From positions 3,038,001 through 3,102,000 of the forward strand of contig OX597837.1 of assembly GCA_951406725.2 (NCBI GenBank): DNA of 64,000 nt, written 5' to 3'. This DNA comes from Octopus vulgaris. Taxonomy: Eukaryota. Below the pieces are notes generated by a model that saw only the letters and a program-made list of their open reading frames with translations, was not told the DNA's origin and did no database searches. This document shows positions 20,186-34,700 of this stretch, in pieces (the first letter of the stretch is position 1; each line of letters begins with the position of its first letter). Position numbers and translations under genes: made by a program.

Positions 20186-20500
20186 TACTAAACATACCTC
20201 GTGGAGAACGGAGCACATGTGCTAAAACCACGTGATTTGAAAACCTCCGAAAAACTACTTCCTGATATTGAAGTGAATTTTGTCTGTGAAGCAGCGACAA
20301 GACACTGTATTTGGGAAGAATATTTTCGCTTTCGGTGTATGCACTTGTTTTGAAAACATCTGAAAAGCTACCTCCTGATATCAAATATTAAATTTGCAAG
20401 CGGATCAAAACATAAAAACAAACCATAAAATATTGCATCTACGAACATCGGAACTCTATTCTTTTATTTTGTTAACAAAATGCAAGTAAAGAATACAAGA

Positions 20501-20547
<47 letters not shown>

Positions 20548-21163
20548 GTAACTCTCACATGTATATATATATATATATATAAATATGTACATTTATGTAT
20601 ACATATGCACAATTATATATTCGCTTGCATTTTATCACACATGCACATTTATACACACCATCTGTTCCTGTATATTGTTTGCTCTATTAGATGTACATCC
20701 TGTTTTTTTTTGGGTGGGGGGAACCACTGAAGACAATACTCCAAACTGTTGAATACACATACACAGTCTCTCTCTCTCTCTCTCTCAAACAAAAATACAT
20801 ACCTGTGTGAGCACACATGTATACTCAACACTGACAGACAGGGAAAGAGACACAAATAGACAGACAGACAGTGATAGAGAGACAGGGAAATAGATAGAAT
20901 GCCCAACAGATAGCCAAGTTCAGAATGAAAAACACACAAAATACCAAAAACTTTCTAGAGTTAATAAGATCCAATTTGATTGAAATCCAGCCCCATTTGT
21001 TCTGAGTTCAATTTCTTCTTTCTGTAATGACTTATGTTGTTTTGGACACACGGACACACACACAAAAAAAAAAAAAAAAGAAAGAAAGAAATATTTTCTT
21101 TGACAGAAATTATTCATTCTTGAATGTAAGGAAGTCTGAAATTCCTCCAAGTTCCATTTATGG

Positions 21164-21172
21164 TTAATTCTT
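21164..21172 (-). CDS. CTH: Putative CTH terminal exon coding part (KN-stop)
   Basis: Exon 11 ends in a strong donor, so a further exon is expected. The best acceptor I saw downstream is tttgttttcag|AAG AAT TAA. Too short to confirm by homology. Confidence 0.4.
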   Translation of the reverse strand, partial: KN

Positions 21173-21765
21173 CTGAAAACAAACTAATTAAAACAGTAAA
21201 ACAAACGTTATTTTTACCAATTTTATTTTTATTCCACTTTCCATGCATTTTCCATTTTTATTTCAAAATTTAAAAATATATTTCTCTTTAAATAAATCAT
21301 CTCCTATCCCACTCTGTATATCCACACTATAATTGCATATACATATACACATGAGTATGTGTGTGTATAAAAGTTTATTAAGATTTTGATTGGGGTATTT
21401 TCTTTTGCTCCATTCTGTTGCTACTTGTCAACCCTTCAAGCGACTTAAGGGAATTTTACACCATCAGTTGCTTAAAAGACTTCCTAGAAGTTTCGGCAGA
21501 ATAAAGTTCCCTCTTCCAGCAAAGGAATATCTTCAAACGTGTACACACGCACACCACTCATCCACACAACAAATTTAAAAGACTTCTAACTACAAAGTTT
21601 GCTGAAAAAAAGCGATTAGAGTCGGGGGTAATTAATTGGTAAATTGATTAATGCTAAATATGAGAAGCCAAAGAAAAAAACAAACAGAAAGCACGAGTCA
21701 GAAAAGGAGGAAAGATTTTAGCACCTTATTAAGAATATTTCTTATAAAAGATACGCACATATACA

Positions 21766-21805
<40 letters not shown>

Positions 21806-24800
21806 CAATAATACTGTCAACCACACCAATGATATCAACACACACTTCCATTTCCAGCACCAACACATACAATTCCACCACCACCATCATCATTTTACTT
21901 GCCATATCTCTGTAGCTAGTGCACCTGTTGCTTTGATCTTGCCACTGCTGTCATAACAGCAGAAATAAACCACATTAATAATACTTGTAGTAGTGCTGTA
22001 ATGGTTTCTTTTGAAATTCTGATAACCATGTCTGACAATTAGCTTGAATAAACTGTTTGGGACTGATTAATTTTGATAACAAATATATGCGGTGACGGTG
22101 TGTGTACTAAATAAAAACCAAAACTTGAGTTATGCCCATGCAAGGCCATGGTCCACAGATAGAACCCCATAATAAAATAAGATTTCAGAAAAATAAAATG
22201 GAAAAATGAAATATTTTCTGGAATTTTTTCGTATTTCATGTTCATTTTGGCAAAGTAATTCATGGTTTTTATTATTATTGTTCACTGGATTTACTCAGGA
22301 ATCTGAAAGAATTTAGGGAAAATGTTAGAAAGCAATATATTCAAAATGGTAAATGGTGCATTTAATAACAGAGAGAGAATCCAATAAGGTTTTTTCAATC
22401 GACAGAGAAATAGTTAAATTTACCTGGTTTATTTACCTGCATAGGTTACACACACACACATAGATAAATCTCTCTCTCGTGACCTCAAGATGCTGAACCT
22501 TTCAGATATGACAAAGGGCTGGGATACCTAGCACTTTGCTCTACTCAAGAAGACCCATCCTCCACAGCAGAAATGCTAAGGCTGCTCCCCCTGGTGGTGA
22601 GGATTGGCCTACAAGAGTCCTGTGCCAGTGCCACATAAAAGCACTCGTAATGCCACGTAAAAGCACCCAGCACATTCTGTAAAGTGGTTGGCGTTAGGAA
22701 GGACATCCAGCTGTAGAAACCATGCCAAATCAAACTGGAACATATTGAAGCTCTCCAACCTTGCCAGCCATGGCCAAACCGTCCAACCCATGCCAGCATG
22801 GACAACGGACATTAAATGATGATGATGTATGTATGCAGGTTTGAGGAGTGACATATGCAAGTCAAGCAATAGACAATCGATAGCATTAATGACCATCACT
22901 ACTGCATTGCCAATCCAGACTAGCAATTCTTGTGATTCTCTACATTTCTGACATGCTGTCATCATGACCGATTCAGCAAATTCTAACCAAAAACATTAAT
23001 AAAATACAATGAAAGAAGAGAATTAGAGGCCAAAATGCTTTACTTACGGCTATTTTTAAGGCTTGGTCAATATCTGCAATTAAATCTTCTTCACATTCAA
23101 TTCCAACAGATAATCGGATCAAGTTATCTCCAAGACCAAGCTGCACTCTTTGAAATTCTGGGACGGACGCATGAGTCATAATTGCTCTGTTGATTGGGCA
23201 AGAGAACAGGAAAGAAACGTTTAAAGGAGATGGCTGTGAGGAGTGTAGAGGGTGGGCAGCAGAGGTCAAGGGATTTAAGAGTAAAAGGAAATAAAGAGGA
23301 TAGTTGGGGTAAAAAGGCAAAGTCAACCAGAATGTCAAGACAGACAAATTACCGCTAAGCATTTTACCTGGTGTACTAACATTTCTGCCAGCTCACTGCC
23401 TTAAAAATAATGAAATACAAAAGGTACACAGAAAGGAAAGCAAAACTAGGTTTTTTTTATTAACTGACAAAAGACATTCAACCAATTTATGCAATTTGAA
23501 GAATTCTTTCTTTCTATTGACTGATGTTCCTGTTTTTCTTCATTGCAGGCAAAACATGAGCTGCAAGCAGAAGCATTGTGCCATCATTGAGTTCTTAACA
23601 AAGGAAGGGTATGGCCCTGTCCAAACATCTTTGAAACATTACAGGTTCGTTTACAGAGACCAGAACAATGTACACAGAGGAATGGAGAAGTTTAACATTA
23701 AGTATTCAGATTATTTGGTTAGATTATTTCTTTATTCTTTTGAATCAATCATGCATTACCTTGTAACTTCAGAATTTTGATAAGTGTTAATTATTAGAAT
23801 GGCATTGTAGGGTAAGTATGATAGACAGCATCTGGTCAGTTCCAGCATAAAACAAGTAGAATACTTTGGCCAGATATGGTAACTTAGTTTTTAAAATGAT
23901 ATTATAGGATTGGTGTGAGAGGTCAGATTTATGTTTGAGCATAAATATGGTTGGTTTAACCCTTTTGATACCAACCCACCTGAAACCGCCTCTGGCTATG
24001 TAGTACGTCTTGTTTTGAAAAGTTCTGAATTAAAACTTTCCACTAAACCTTAGCCTCAATTTATGTTCCTAACACTAGCTTAATGATAACGAAGTTATTT
24101 TACTAAATTCTTTATATTTAAAATTAATTGAAAGAAAAACAGTATCTCAACAGAAATATGGTAACAAAAGGATTAAATGCTGAAGAGTTAAAGAAGGGGA
24201 AAGCAGAATTGAACCCAAACCACCTGGAGCCAAACAACTACAACAGCATCAATAAATATTAAATGCAACTCACGGCAATTCAATAAGACTTTCGAAGCCT
24301 CCTAAACTTTCAGCTGTTGTGAAAAGCTAGAAAGAAAATAAATCAAAGAACACATTGCAATTAAAATAAATAATTAAAATAATTAGCTTTTCAATGATAC
24401 AAACTTTTGTTTTTATTTTTTACTTGTTTCAGTTATTGGTCTGAGAGTTTTAATCAAGCAAATTCTTTTCTATTCTAGGCCCAAGGCCCAAAATTTTAGG
24501 AGAGCAGACCAGTCGATTAGACTGACCCCAGTATGCAACTGGTATTTAATTTATCAACCCTGAAAAGGAGGAAAAAGTCAACCATGGCAGAATTTGAACT
24601 CAGGAGGTAAAGACAAATGAAATACCACTAAGCATTTCGCCCGGCATGCTAATGTTTCTGCCAGCTCACCATGTTTTTAATTAAGCAAATTAACCCTAGA
24701 ATTTATGTCATGGGGTTTTTTTTTGGGGGGGGGGGGGTTCGTGGGGGCTTGGTTTCTTTCTGAATTTGGCAAAAGAGTCCGATAAAATAAATACCAATCT

Positions 24801-24885
24801 GTTAAGTTAAAGGGACAAACAAACCAACACTGGTTGTCAAACAGTGGGTAAGGGGTGAGAAACAGATATAAAGATGCACACACAT

Positions 24886-24938
<53 letters not shown>

Positions 24939-26775
24939 TGATATAAATAAGGATAAGATCGTTAATTTAAAATAAAATAATGAACTTATCAAGTGGTCAG
25001 CATGGAAAAGATAACCTTCAAAGGTAATAATTATTAAAATTATAAATTAGGGTATCTACGAGATAATTTTCATATAGCAACATATGTTGCTATATGAAAA
25101 CTTATGGTGGTTTTAGAGTCAGTTCATGGCTGCTATTTTCAGCATGGTGGTATCTCGTAGATACCCTAATTTATAATTTTATATATATATATTGTATAAA
25201 AGATCGTAAGGCCAAAACAATGAAGTAAATGCAACGCACATCAGCAACATTCATCAATTTCTTGAAAATAAGGTCACAACCCCGAAATATTGAATACAAG
25301 GTAAGTCTACATTAATTCGTATATTTGTTTTCTTGTGATTTACCTTTCATTTACTTCGCATTGTTTTGGCCTTACCCTCAATTCTTTTATACAATATATT
25401 CTACACAATACTACATAGTAATTATTCTATTATAATACACACACACAATGTGCAACAGTTTCTGTTGACCAATTCTGTTCGCAAGGAACTGACTGACCTG
25501 GGCCTATAGAAGATGCCAGCCGAAGGTGCTGCACAGTGGGACTGAACCTGAAGCCAGGAGTTTGCCATCTCCACAGCACCTAAAATATTTTTATCAAATT
25601 TCCCTGAAATCGTGAACAAATTGAGAAAAAACAAAAGAAACATCATCATCACATTCCAAAATGGTTTTCTTCGATGAAGACGAAATGGCCGAGTCGTTAG
25701 AGCATCAGATACAATGCTTTGTGGCATTTGTTTCCACTTCTCTATGCTCTGAGTTCAAATCCTGCAGAGGTCAACTTTATCTTTCAACCATTCAGGGTCG
25801 TTTAAAACGTTCGAATCCAAGGCGTTAAATCCCAAGAACTTAAAGAATTCCAGAGCCTAGTGCCCTTCGGTATTTGTTACGGATTTTTCCATTCTGAGTT
25901 CAAATCCTGCCATAATCTCTACTTGGGTGGTGGAATGCATGCATCTCCTGTTATAAACACTTTCGCCAGGTACCTGGCGAAGGTGTTATAATAGAGGACA
26001 GACAGTTGCAAGCATTCAGGATAGGTTTTGCGGCTTAGGGGAATATCCTTCCCCCACTGTCACTACCTTCCGACTTCACTAAGTTTTAAAAAGAGCTTTT
26101 AAAGCAGTGCAGCACGAGTTATTTCCCTTGTCTATTCCAGAGTTGCTTCCCTTACACAATTTAGTGTCCGAATTTTTAATAGCGTTATTTTTGGCCTTCG
26201 TGACTTTTGGAGGACCTTTAAAACGCATTCCGCATCCCAAAGAGATTCCCATCCAACTCACCTCACCAATTTAAACTTATACATCTCTATTAATCTTTTC
26301 TTTCGTTTCCATAGAGTTAAATTTCATGAGATTAAACAAATCCAAGCTGTCTTTAAACTGTTTGGCACTGACAAATCTATCAGATGCCATATACAACGTT
26401 TAAGAAATTTCAGTTTAACGAAGGCCTCGTTTGGTCCGAATTCTTTTACCGTTCATTAGGGTTCATTTTTCCCGTAGGGTCACCTTACTACCAACAATGC
26501 CAGAACTTCTAATATGACGTATGTCAACAATGGAATTAACAACATAAAAATGAATCAGAACATTTTTTCTTTTATTTTTTTACTTGTTTCAGTCATTTGA
26601 CTGCGGCCACGCTGGAGTACCGCCTTTAGTCGAATAAATCGATCCCAGGACGTATTCTTTGTAAGCTAAATACTTATTCTATTGGTCTCTTTTGCTGAAC
26701 CGCTAAGTTACGGGGACATAAACACACCACATTGCTTGTCAAGCAATGGTGAGGAGACAGACACATACATGTGTT

Positions 26776-26818
<43 letters not shown>

Positions 26819-29800
26819 GCGACGGGCTTCTTTCAGTTTCCGACTAGCAAATCTATTAACAAGGCTTTGGTCGGCCCAAAGCTGAAGAGACACTTGACCA
26901 ATGTGCCACACAGTGGGACTGAACCTAAAACTATGTGGTTAGGAAGCAAGTTTCTTACCACACAGCCATATGGAACTCTAAGAGTCTGGAGAGGGAGAGA
27001 AGAGATACAGATATAAATGCAGGTGGGGGTGATAAGCAACAGGAATTGAGAAACAAAGATATAAAGAGAGAGAAACTGTTTAACCCTGGGTCATTGATCA
27101 CAGAAGTAAGACACTATGATGTGAATAAGAGATGGATGGCAGGGAAGAAGAATTTACCTTTAAGTTTTGGAGAAATTTCTTGGATTCTTCAATTCCACCT
27201 TTGATGTAGAGAGATACCATTCCACTAAATCCTCGCATCTGTCGTTTGGCCAGTTCGTATTGAGGATGAGAGGGGAGGCCTGTGGGAAAATGGAGAGAGA
27301 AAGTGTGAGAGAGAGTGGGCATGTGAAAGAGAGAGTGAGAGAGAGATAGATTATATGAGAGACTGTGGGCAAGGCAAACAAGGTCTGTGTGTATGTTTAA
27401 GGGAAAGAGAGAAGGAAATAGACTGTAAGAGAGGGAGTATATAAGACAGAGAAAAAGTGATAGGGAGAGAGTGTATATGTGAGCAAGAGAGAAAGAGCGT
27501 GGGTGAAAGAGACGGGGTGGGTAGTTAAGAAAGTAGTTTTTCTCACACCCACATTTTATTGTTTTATTTTGTTTTGTTTGATTTATCTTTCACCTATATT
27601 CAGCACACACAAACACACACACAATTTCTTTCAGTTGATCCCAAAATAACAGAAAAACAAAAGAAGACCCAAAAGTTATCCTTGTCCTACCTGGGTGTAG
27701 AATCTTCACCACTCGTGGATTATTCTCCAAGAACTTTGCCACTGCCAAACCATTTTTCTGGTGTTCCTTCATTCGGACATGAAGAGTCTTCAGTCCCCGA
27801 TTCACAAGGTAACAGTCAAAAGGGGAAGGGACAGCACCACAAGCTGTAAAAAAGGGAGAATTTCAGTTACATAATAGGGGTACATGCTTGTAGATAGGGG
27901 TGGATATTATATACATGCCTACAATATATACAAACACATACATATATACAGATATCTATGTACACACTGCCAACACTCAAACTTCCTCTCTTTCTCTCCT
28001 CTAATATACACCTACACACACACATACATACATGCAAACATACACATGCATACACACACACAGCTGCAAAATGCCAAAATGAAGGAAGAAATTCTTTGAG
28101 TTTTACCATTTTGTAGGAATCGCAACCTTGCTGCCATTTTGTCATCGTTGAGTGCAATGCAGCCCATCACTGCATCGGAGTGACCTGCAAGAATAGAGCA
28201 ATGAGGATTAGTAACAAGAAGGCATCATGCCAGAGGTGGGGAGGGGAAGTGCAGGAGGAGCAGGTCATACTTTTTTTCGTTTTTAAAATATTTTTTTATT
28301 ATTCTTTCATTTGCTGATTTGTAAAAGAAGGAAAGGCACAATAGCAAAGCCCTTCCCTCTGTCCCTTCAAGTGAATTGACAGTCACTCCATAAACACAAG
28401 GCCACATACTAGGAGGGCACCATCACCACCATCATCATCACCATCACCACCATCATTATCATCATCACCATCATCACCACCATCATTATCACTATCAACA
28501 TCATCATCACTGTTATCATCAACATTATTTTAATGCCCACTTTTCCATAGTTGCAGATGAAAGAATCAGAAGAAATAACAAAAACTTCAAAATGTTTTAT
28601 GGAATTTGTTGTATCTTTTAATGTTCTGGGTTCAAATCCCACTAAGACCATCTTTGCCTTTCCTCCTTTCTGGGCCAACAAAACAAAGGACCAGAATTGC
28701 TGGCCTTGTGCTGAAATAAGAAACTCAATAATAATCCTTTCTGCTAAAGGAACCAAGTTCAGGAATTTTGAGGGAGGGAAGGGGCTAGTCAGTTGCATTG
28801 ACTCCTGTACGTAACTGGTACACAACTTTCTGATTCCCCAAAAGAATGAAAAGCAGAATTGGCTTCAGTGGGATTTGAACTCAGAATATAAAACCATAAA
28901 AAATGTCATTAAACCTTTCGTCCAACAATTCAATCAGATCACTGCCTGAAGATTAACGGTCATAATAATTAGTTTCAAATTTACGCACAAGGCCAGCAAG
29001 TCTGAGCCAATTACATCCATCTCCCCCAGTACACAACTGGTACTTATTTTATCAACCCTAAAAGGATAAAACATAAAGTTGACCTCAGTGGAATTTGAAC
29101 TCAGAACGTAAAGACACACGAAATACTGCTAAGCGATTCTGCCAGCTCACCATCATAATAACAATGGTTTCAAATTTTGGCACAAGATCAGCAATTTCAA
29201 TTGATCCAGGGCATAACTGGTACTTCATCAACCCCAGAAGAATGAAATGCAAAGTTGACCTCAATGGAATTTGAACTCAGAACATAAGGACTGACAAAAT
29301 ATCACTCAGCATTTTGCCTGGCACAATAACGATTCTGCCAGTTCACCATCTTGCTCACTACCATAATGATGATAATAATAATCCTTTCTACTAAAGGCAC
29401 AAGGCCTGATATTTTGGGGGAGCAGACTAGTCGATTACATCAACCCCAGCATTTCACTGATACTTATCGACCCTGAAAAGATGAAAGGTAAAGTCGACCT
29501 CGGCAGAATTTGAACTCGGAACGTAAAGACAGATGAAATGCTGCTAAGCATTTTGCCCAGTGAGTTAAGACTTCTGCCAGCTCACTGCCATAATAATAAT
29601 AATCATACATACCATTCATATATTTGGTCATCGAATGAACCACGATGTCAGCACCAAAATCCAAGGGTCGCTAAAATAGGTGAGGAAAATGAGAAAAAAA
29701 ATAGCAATCAAAAAGATCAAAGTTTCGAACATCAAAGGAAATACAGAGATTTGAAACAACACTGAGGTTAATAATGTTTTGTTTTTATGTGTAGTTACGA

Positions 29801-31690
29801 GGGGCGTTCAATAAGTAATGCCCCTGACCCACTTGCAGTTGTTTGATCTAGCTGAAATTTTGCATGTGCACTTATTTATACCTCTATAGATTAAGTGGCG
29901 AATTACAGCTCTGAACTAATTGTGGTTTCTGATTTACAGGTGTTTGAACGGAGTCAAGTGTGAAATGGAGCCTGTTGAGTGTCGAGCAGTGATCTGGTTT
30001 TTGTATTTGAAAGGACACACACCACGGGAGACTTTTGATGAAATGAAAGTAACTTATGGTGATGATGCCCCATCATATGACCTTGTAAAACGCTGGCATT
30101 GTGAATTCAAACATAGTCAGAACTCTGTGGAAACAGCTCCCAGATCTAGTCGCCCTCTTCTGCCGTTGATGAGACGTCTGTCCGTCAAGTTGAGGCTGCC
30201 ATTTTGGAAGGTCAACGCATAACTATTCGCCAAATAGCCCATAAGGTCAAGATTAGTACCAGGTCTGTGGAAACTATCATTCATGACCATTTGCATATGC
30301 AAAAAGGTGTCTGCCAGATGGATTTCCAGGTTGCTCACACCTTTCCAGAAGCAAGAACGCGTTGAGTGCTCGAAGATGAATTTGGAGATGTGCCAAGAAG
30401 ATGAGTCAAAATTTTTCAAAAGACTGATCACACAGGATAAAACCTGGGTCCATCACTATGATCCATAGACCAAAGCCCAGTCAATGCAGTGAAAGCACCA
30501 TGACTCACCTCCTCCAAAGAAGGCAAGGGTGCAGCCCTCCGCTGACAAGGTTATGCTCACAGTCTTCTGGGACCAGGACGGAGTAGTGATGACAGATTTC
30601 CTGGCAAAGGGTACCACAATTACAGGAGCCTATTATGCTTCACTTTTGAGGAAATTAAGAGAAGCTATCAAAATCAAGAGGCGGGGCAAGATCAGCAAAG
30701 GCATCCTCCTCCTGCAGGACAACGCTCCGGTCCACAACTCGCGTGTCGCCAGATCAGAAGCACAGGCGTGCAGCTATGAACTCCTCCCCTTGCACCCTCT
30801 GATTTTCACCTCTTCCCAGCCATGAAGTTGATTTTGAAAGGAAAGCGTTTCCCAGATGATGCAGCCTTGATTTCTGAAGTCACGTCGTGGTTGGAGGACC
30901 AAGCTGGGGTCTTCTACAAAAACGGTCTCCAGAGCTGTATCAAACGATGGGAGAAATGCATAACTCTGGGTAGTTCCTATGTAGGAAAAGACTAATAACT
31001 GTGCCAAGTGTCGTTGCTCTACTGCTATGGGAAGTGGGTCAGGGGCATTACTTATTGAACGCCCCTCGTAAGTTTCTTGCTCAAGGGTTGAACCCCTAGG
31101 ATCAAATGAACCTACACAATGCCTACAACAAAGATGCTAACTCACCATTTATTGAATTAGGAATCCTGTTTAGCTCCCATGTTATGGTGTGTTATAAAGG
31201 AGATATCACTGGCTCCACTTCCCTTAATGGGATAGTAAGACAGTCTACTCTCAAGTGATCAGCTACCAGTTTGTGGAGCACATGTAGAATGAACCCCTTT
31301 ACAGTAAAAAGCAGATAAATTAACTCAAAATTACATTAACCCTAAACTGTAGAAACCAATCTGTCTTTTGTTGGGGAATGTCAAGTTTGAAACCATTTTC
31401 TGTTGAGTTTATTGAGGCAAAACGACTTGCAGAAAATATCGATTCTAGTTTTTGATATTTAATATCATTACTGGAAAAACCATGAAATTTAATTACGATT
31501 AGGAGTGATTACTTGAGGATTTGAGAGTGTGAGCAGATTGTGGCATTACCTGAGGAGGAAACCTGTCACTCTCATTCTATAAAGGACACTAGGGAAAAGG
31601 GAAAAGGTAAAAGAAACCATAAGAGCTGAGCTGTCATGACATTCCTCTCCTCCTACTTATATCTCTATCTATCTATCTATCTATCTATCT

Positions 31691-31728
<38 letters not shown>

Positions 31729-34700
31729 TGATGTCATATAAAAAGCGCCATGTAAAAAAAGGCATCCAGTATATTCTGTAAAGGGGTTGGCATTAGGAAA
31801 AGCCATCCAGCCATAGAAACCCTGCCAGAACAGACAATTAGAGTCTGGTGCAACTCTCTGGCTTGCCAGATCCTGTTAAGCCGTCCAACTCATGTCAGGA
31901 TAGAAGACGAAACATTAAATAACGATGATGATGATGAGATATATATATATATATATATATCTCAAGCAAACACCTATTGACTCCGAATCAGAAAAGAATT
32001 TTGTTTGATTCTGTTTTTCTACTTCATCTACAACAACAATTACAAAAGACCCTGACTGGGATTTAATTGTTGTTATTAATTAGTAAAGTTAATTGACAAT
32101 AATTAACGCGGTTTTCGGTGATGAAACAACACCAATATATTTTTAATCGAATTTACGAATTAAGCGATGGTGAAGAGTAGCCTCCCTTGAATCAAGAGTT
32201 ATTTACTTCAAAATGGAGATGTAAGGCTTGCTGAAAATAACAGCCACATTCCCCTTAAATTACACATCAACATTCTAATTAAAACAGTAAATAATATAGT
32301 TCTAGGTAACACTCGACTCCCACCTTCCAAAATAGACGAGATGGTCGTGGCTGGAACATTTTATTCAGTCAGGGTTAACTGACAACCAAATCACATTATT
32401 ATTGTATAAGAAAAAAGAACAAGCAATAATGTCTGAATAAAAGATGGGATGGTCACGACTGGACCTTCTCTTATGGACCTAATATTTCCCTTTTTTTTTT
32501 AAACAGTAGAGTGTGGTCCAAGGAAGATTCAGCTACTATGTCAAGCAAATCTGATAAAGGCTTCAAATTTTAGCCCAAGGCCAGAAATTCTAGGAGGAAA
32601 AGATCACTCGATTACATCAATCCCAAAAGCTCAACTGGTATTCAATTTATCACCCCAAAAAAAGATGAAATTCAAAGTCAGCTCCAGCGGGATTTGAACT
32701 CATGTCACAATGGATTGAAACATAATTAGGCATTTCATCCAATGTTCTAACAACACTGCCAGGTCACAGCCTGCATGTAAAATCGAATATTAGTATCAAA
32801 TTTGGTGTAGATTGTAGTGCGTCAGTCAGGATTTTAAGAATGGTGAAAGAAATTAAAAGAAAAATGGAAAAAGGAATTTACCTGGAAGTAAGGAGAGCAA
32901 AATGTGTTGTCAATAGCAACAATGGCATCAGATTTCTCTTTGGTCACTTTACAAGCAGCAGCAATGTCAACAACTTTCATTAATGGGTTGGTGGGAGTCT
33001 CAATCCAAACAAGCTGGGAGAGTAAAAATAAAGAAGGAAATAAATATGTAAAAAAAAATTAATAGGATTTATTTTGAAGCTTATAGCAGTGTTCCTGGAG
33101 CAAAAGCAACTGAAAATACAGTACCAGCCCCATTGAAAGGGATGTGAGTCCATCACAAGGTCAGCATCTCATTTTTGGCTGAGTGGACTGAAGTGACATA
33201 AAATGAAGTGTTCTGTCCAAGAACACAATGTGCTGCCTGGTTCAAGAATTGAAACCCAAACCCTCTGATTGTAAGTCTAATGTAACTACTTAGGGGACAC
33301 ACACACCTCTTCATAAATAAGTAAATGAAATTTCTATGACCAGCAAATGATAAACAGTCAGTGTGGCTATTACAATGAGACCCTTGGGTCTCTGTGGTTC
33401 CACTGTCATTGTGGTCAACACAGTTACAAGTTGGAGGTGATGGAGGGATGGTCACTAGATTCTTAGAGACAGTGGATCGATGATAAATGAGCTGGTAACA
33501 GCAGTCCAGTGAGATAGCCAAGGCCTGTGGTGCAGTAATGGATATGAGCTGGTCAAGGCCAACAGTGATTGGTCAGTGATGTAAAGTTACTAAAGAACAG
33601 TGACTCAATAACAAAAGCTGGGAATGATGTCCAGCAGTCCAGAGATGGACATAAACTAATCATGTCCAGTAGTTCCAACTAGTTACAGCATGTGGTCTAA
33701 CAATGGACATAAGTTACCCATGACCAATTGTCTGGTCATGGAGATCTTACAAGCATGATCACACTCAGTAAAAGACATCAGCTGAACAAGTAATGACCCT
33801 GAAGTGGCCAAATTTGTAACGGTCACAGTTCACAATTTGGGCAAAACCAAGACTTTTGTGAGCAAAGTTAACAAAATGAAGACTGACCATCCCAATGTCT
33901 TTCTTTACCTGAGGTTTAATCTCACCACTTCTTCCTATGTTCTCCACAACATTTAACTCTTTAGCACTTAAAGCGGCCTCACCCAGCTCAAATATTGTTT
34001 TATGTTCAAACTGTCAAGATCTGGCCTCTCCCACTTACCCTACAATGTTTTTCTAAAAATATACAATGACACCATCAAAATCTCAAAGCTATGCGATAAT
34101 GCATGATTAATTCAAAACAGTTTGAATAAATAAGAATTTAATTTGGCAGAATAATCAAAATAGTAATGGTTTATAAAGAACGAATATCAGTTCTCTTGCC
34201 TGAGATTTGAAATCGCATCTCAGAATTACTGGTCACACTTTTGCCCCAAAAATTCTTTGTCCTATCAATTGAAACAATGTTTGATGAGTTTTTAATGACC
34301 AGCTTCGGGAAATTAAGTTCAGATGAACCGGATCTAACCTGAATATTTGGCTATGTTTTGTCCATCTTTCTATCGACTGCAGATTGTTATAAATACGACC
34401 AACTGACCAGCCAAAGGGGTCAATTCCCTGCTTGCGATCGTAACAGGCTGTTGCAGATGGTTTTGAGGCTGAACGAAAAATGATGTCACTGGGTCAAACG
34501 AAACCTACTGTAATCATCTCTCCTTTCTCCCCCGCTCGTTTGTTTCACACCGACATTAATTAATCTAATTATTATGCTTACCACATTTACAGATTACCCT
34601 TTCCATCACATCTGTCACACACCCTTTCCCTCACTAGTAATTCCAAAAGGCTAAGCACATCATCAACAAATGCATAACAGTTAAAATTATATGTTGATCT

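Noticed and set aside
23550-23620. MSCKQKHCAIIEFLTKEG, mariner-like N-terminus
   Set aside because: Too short and no TIRs found; at most a tiny relic.
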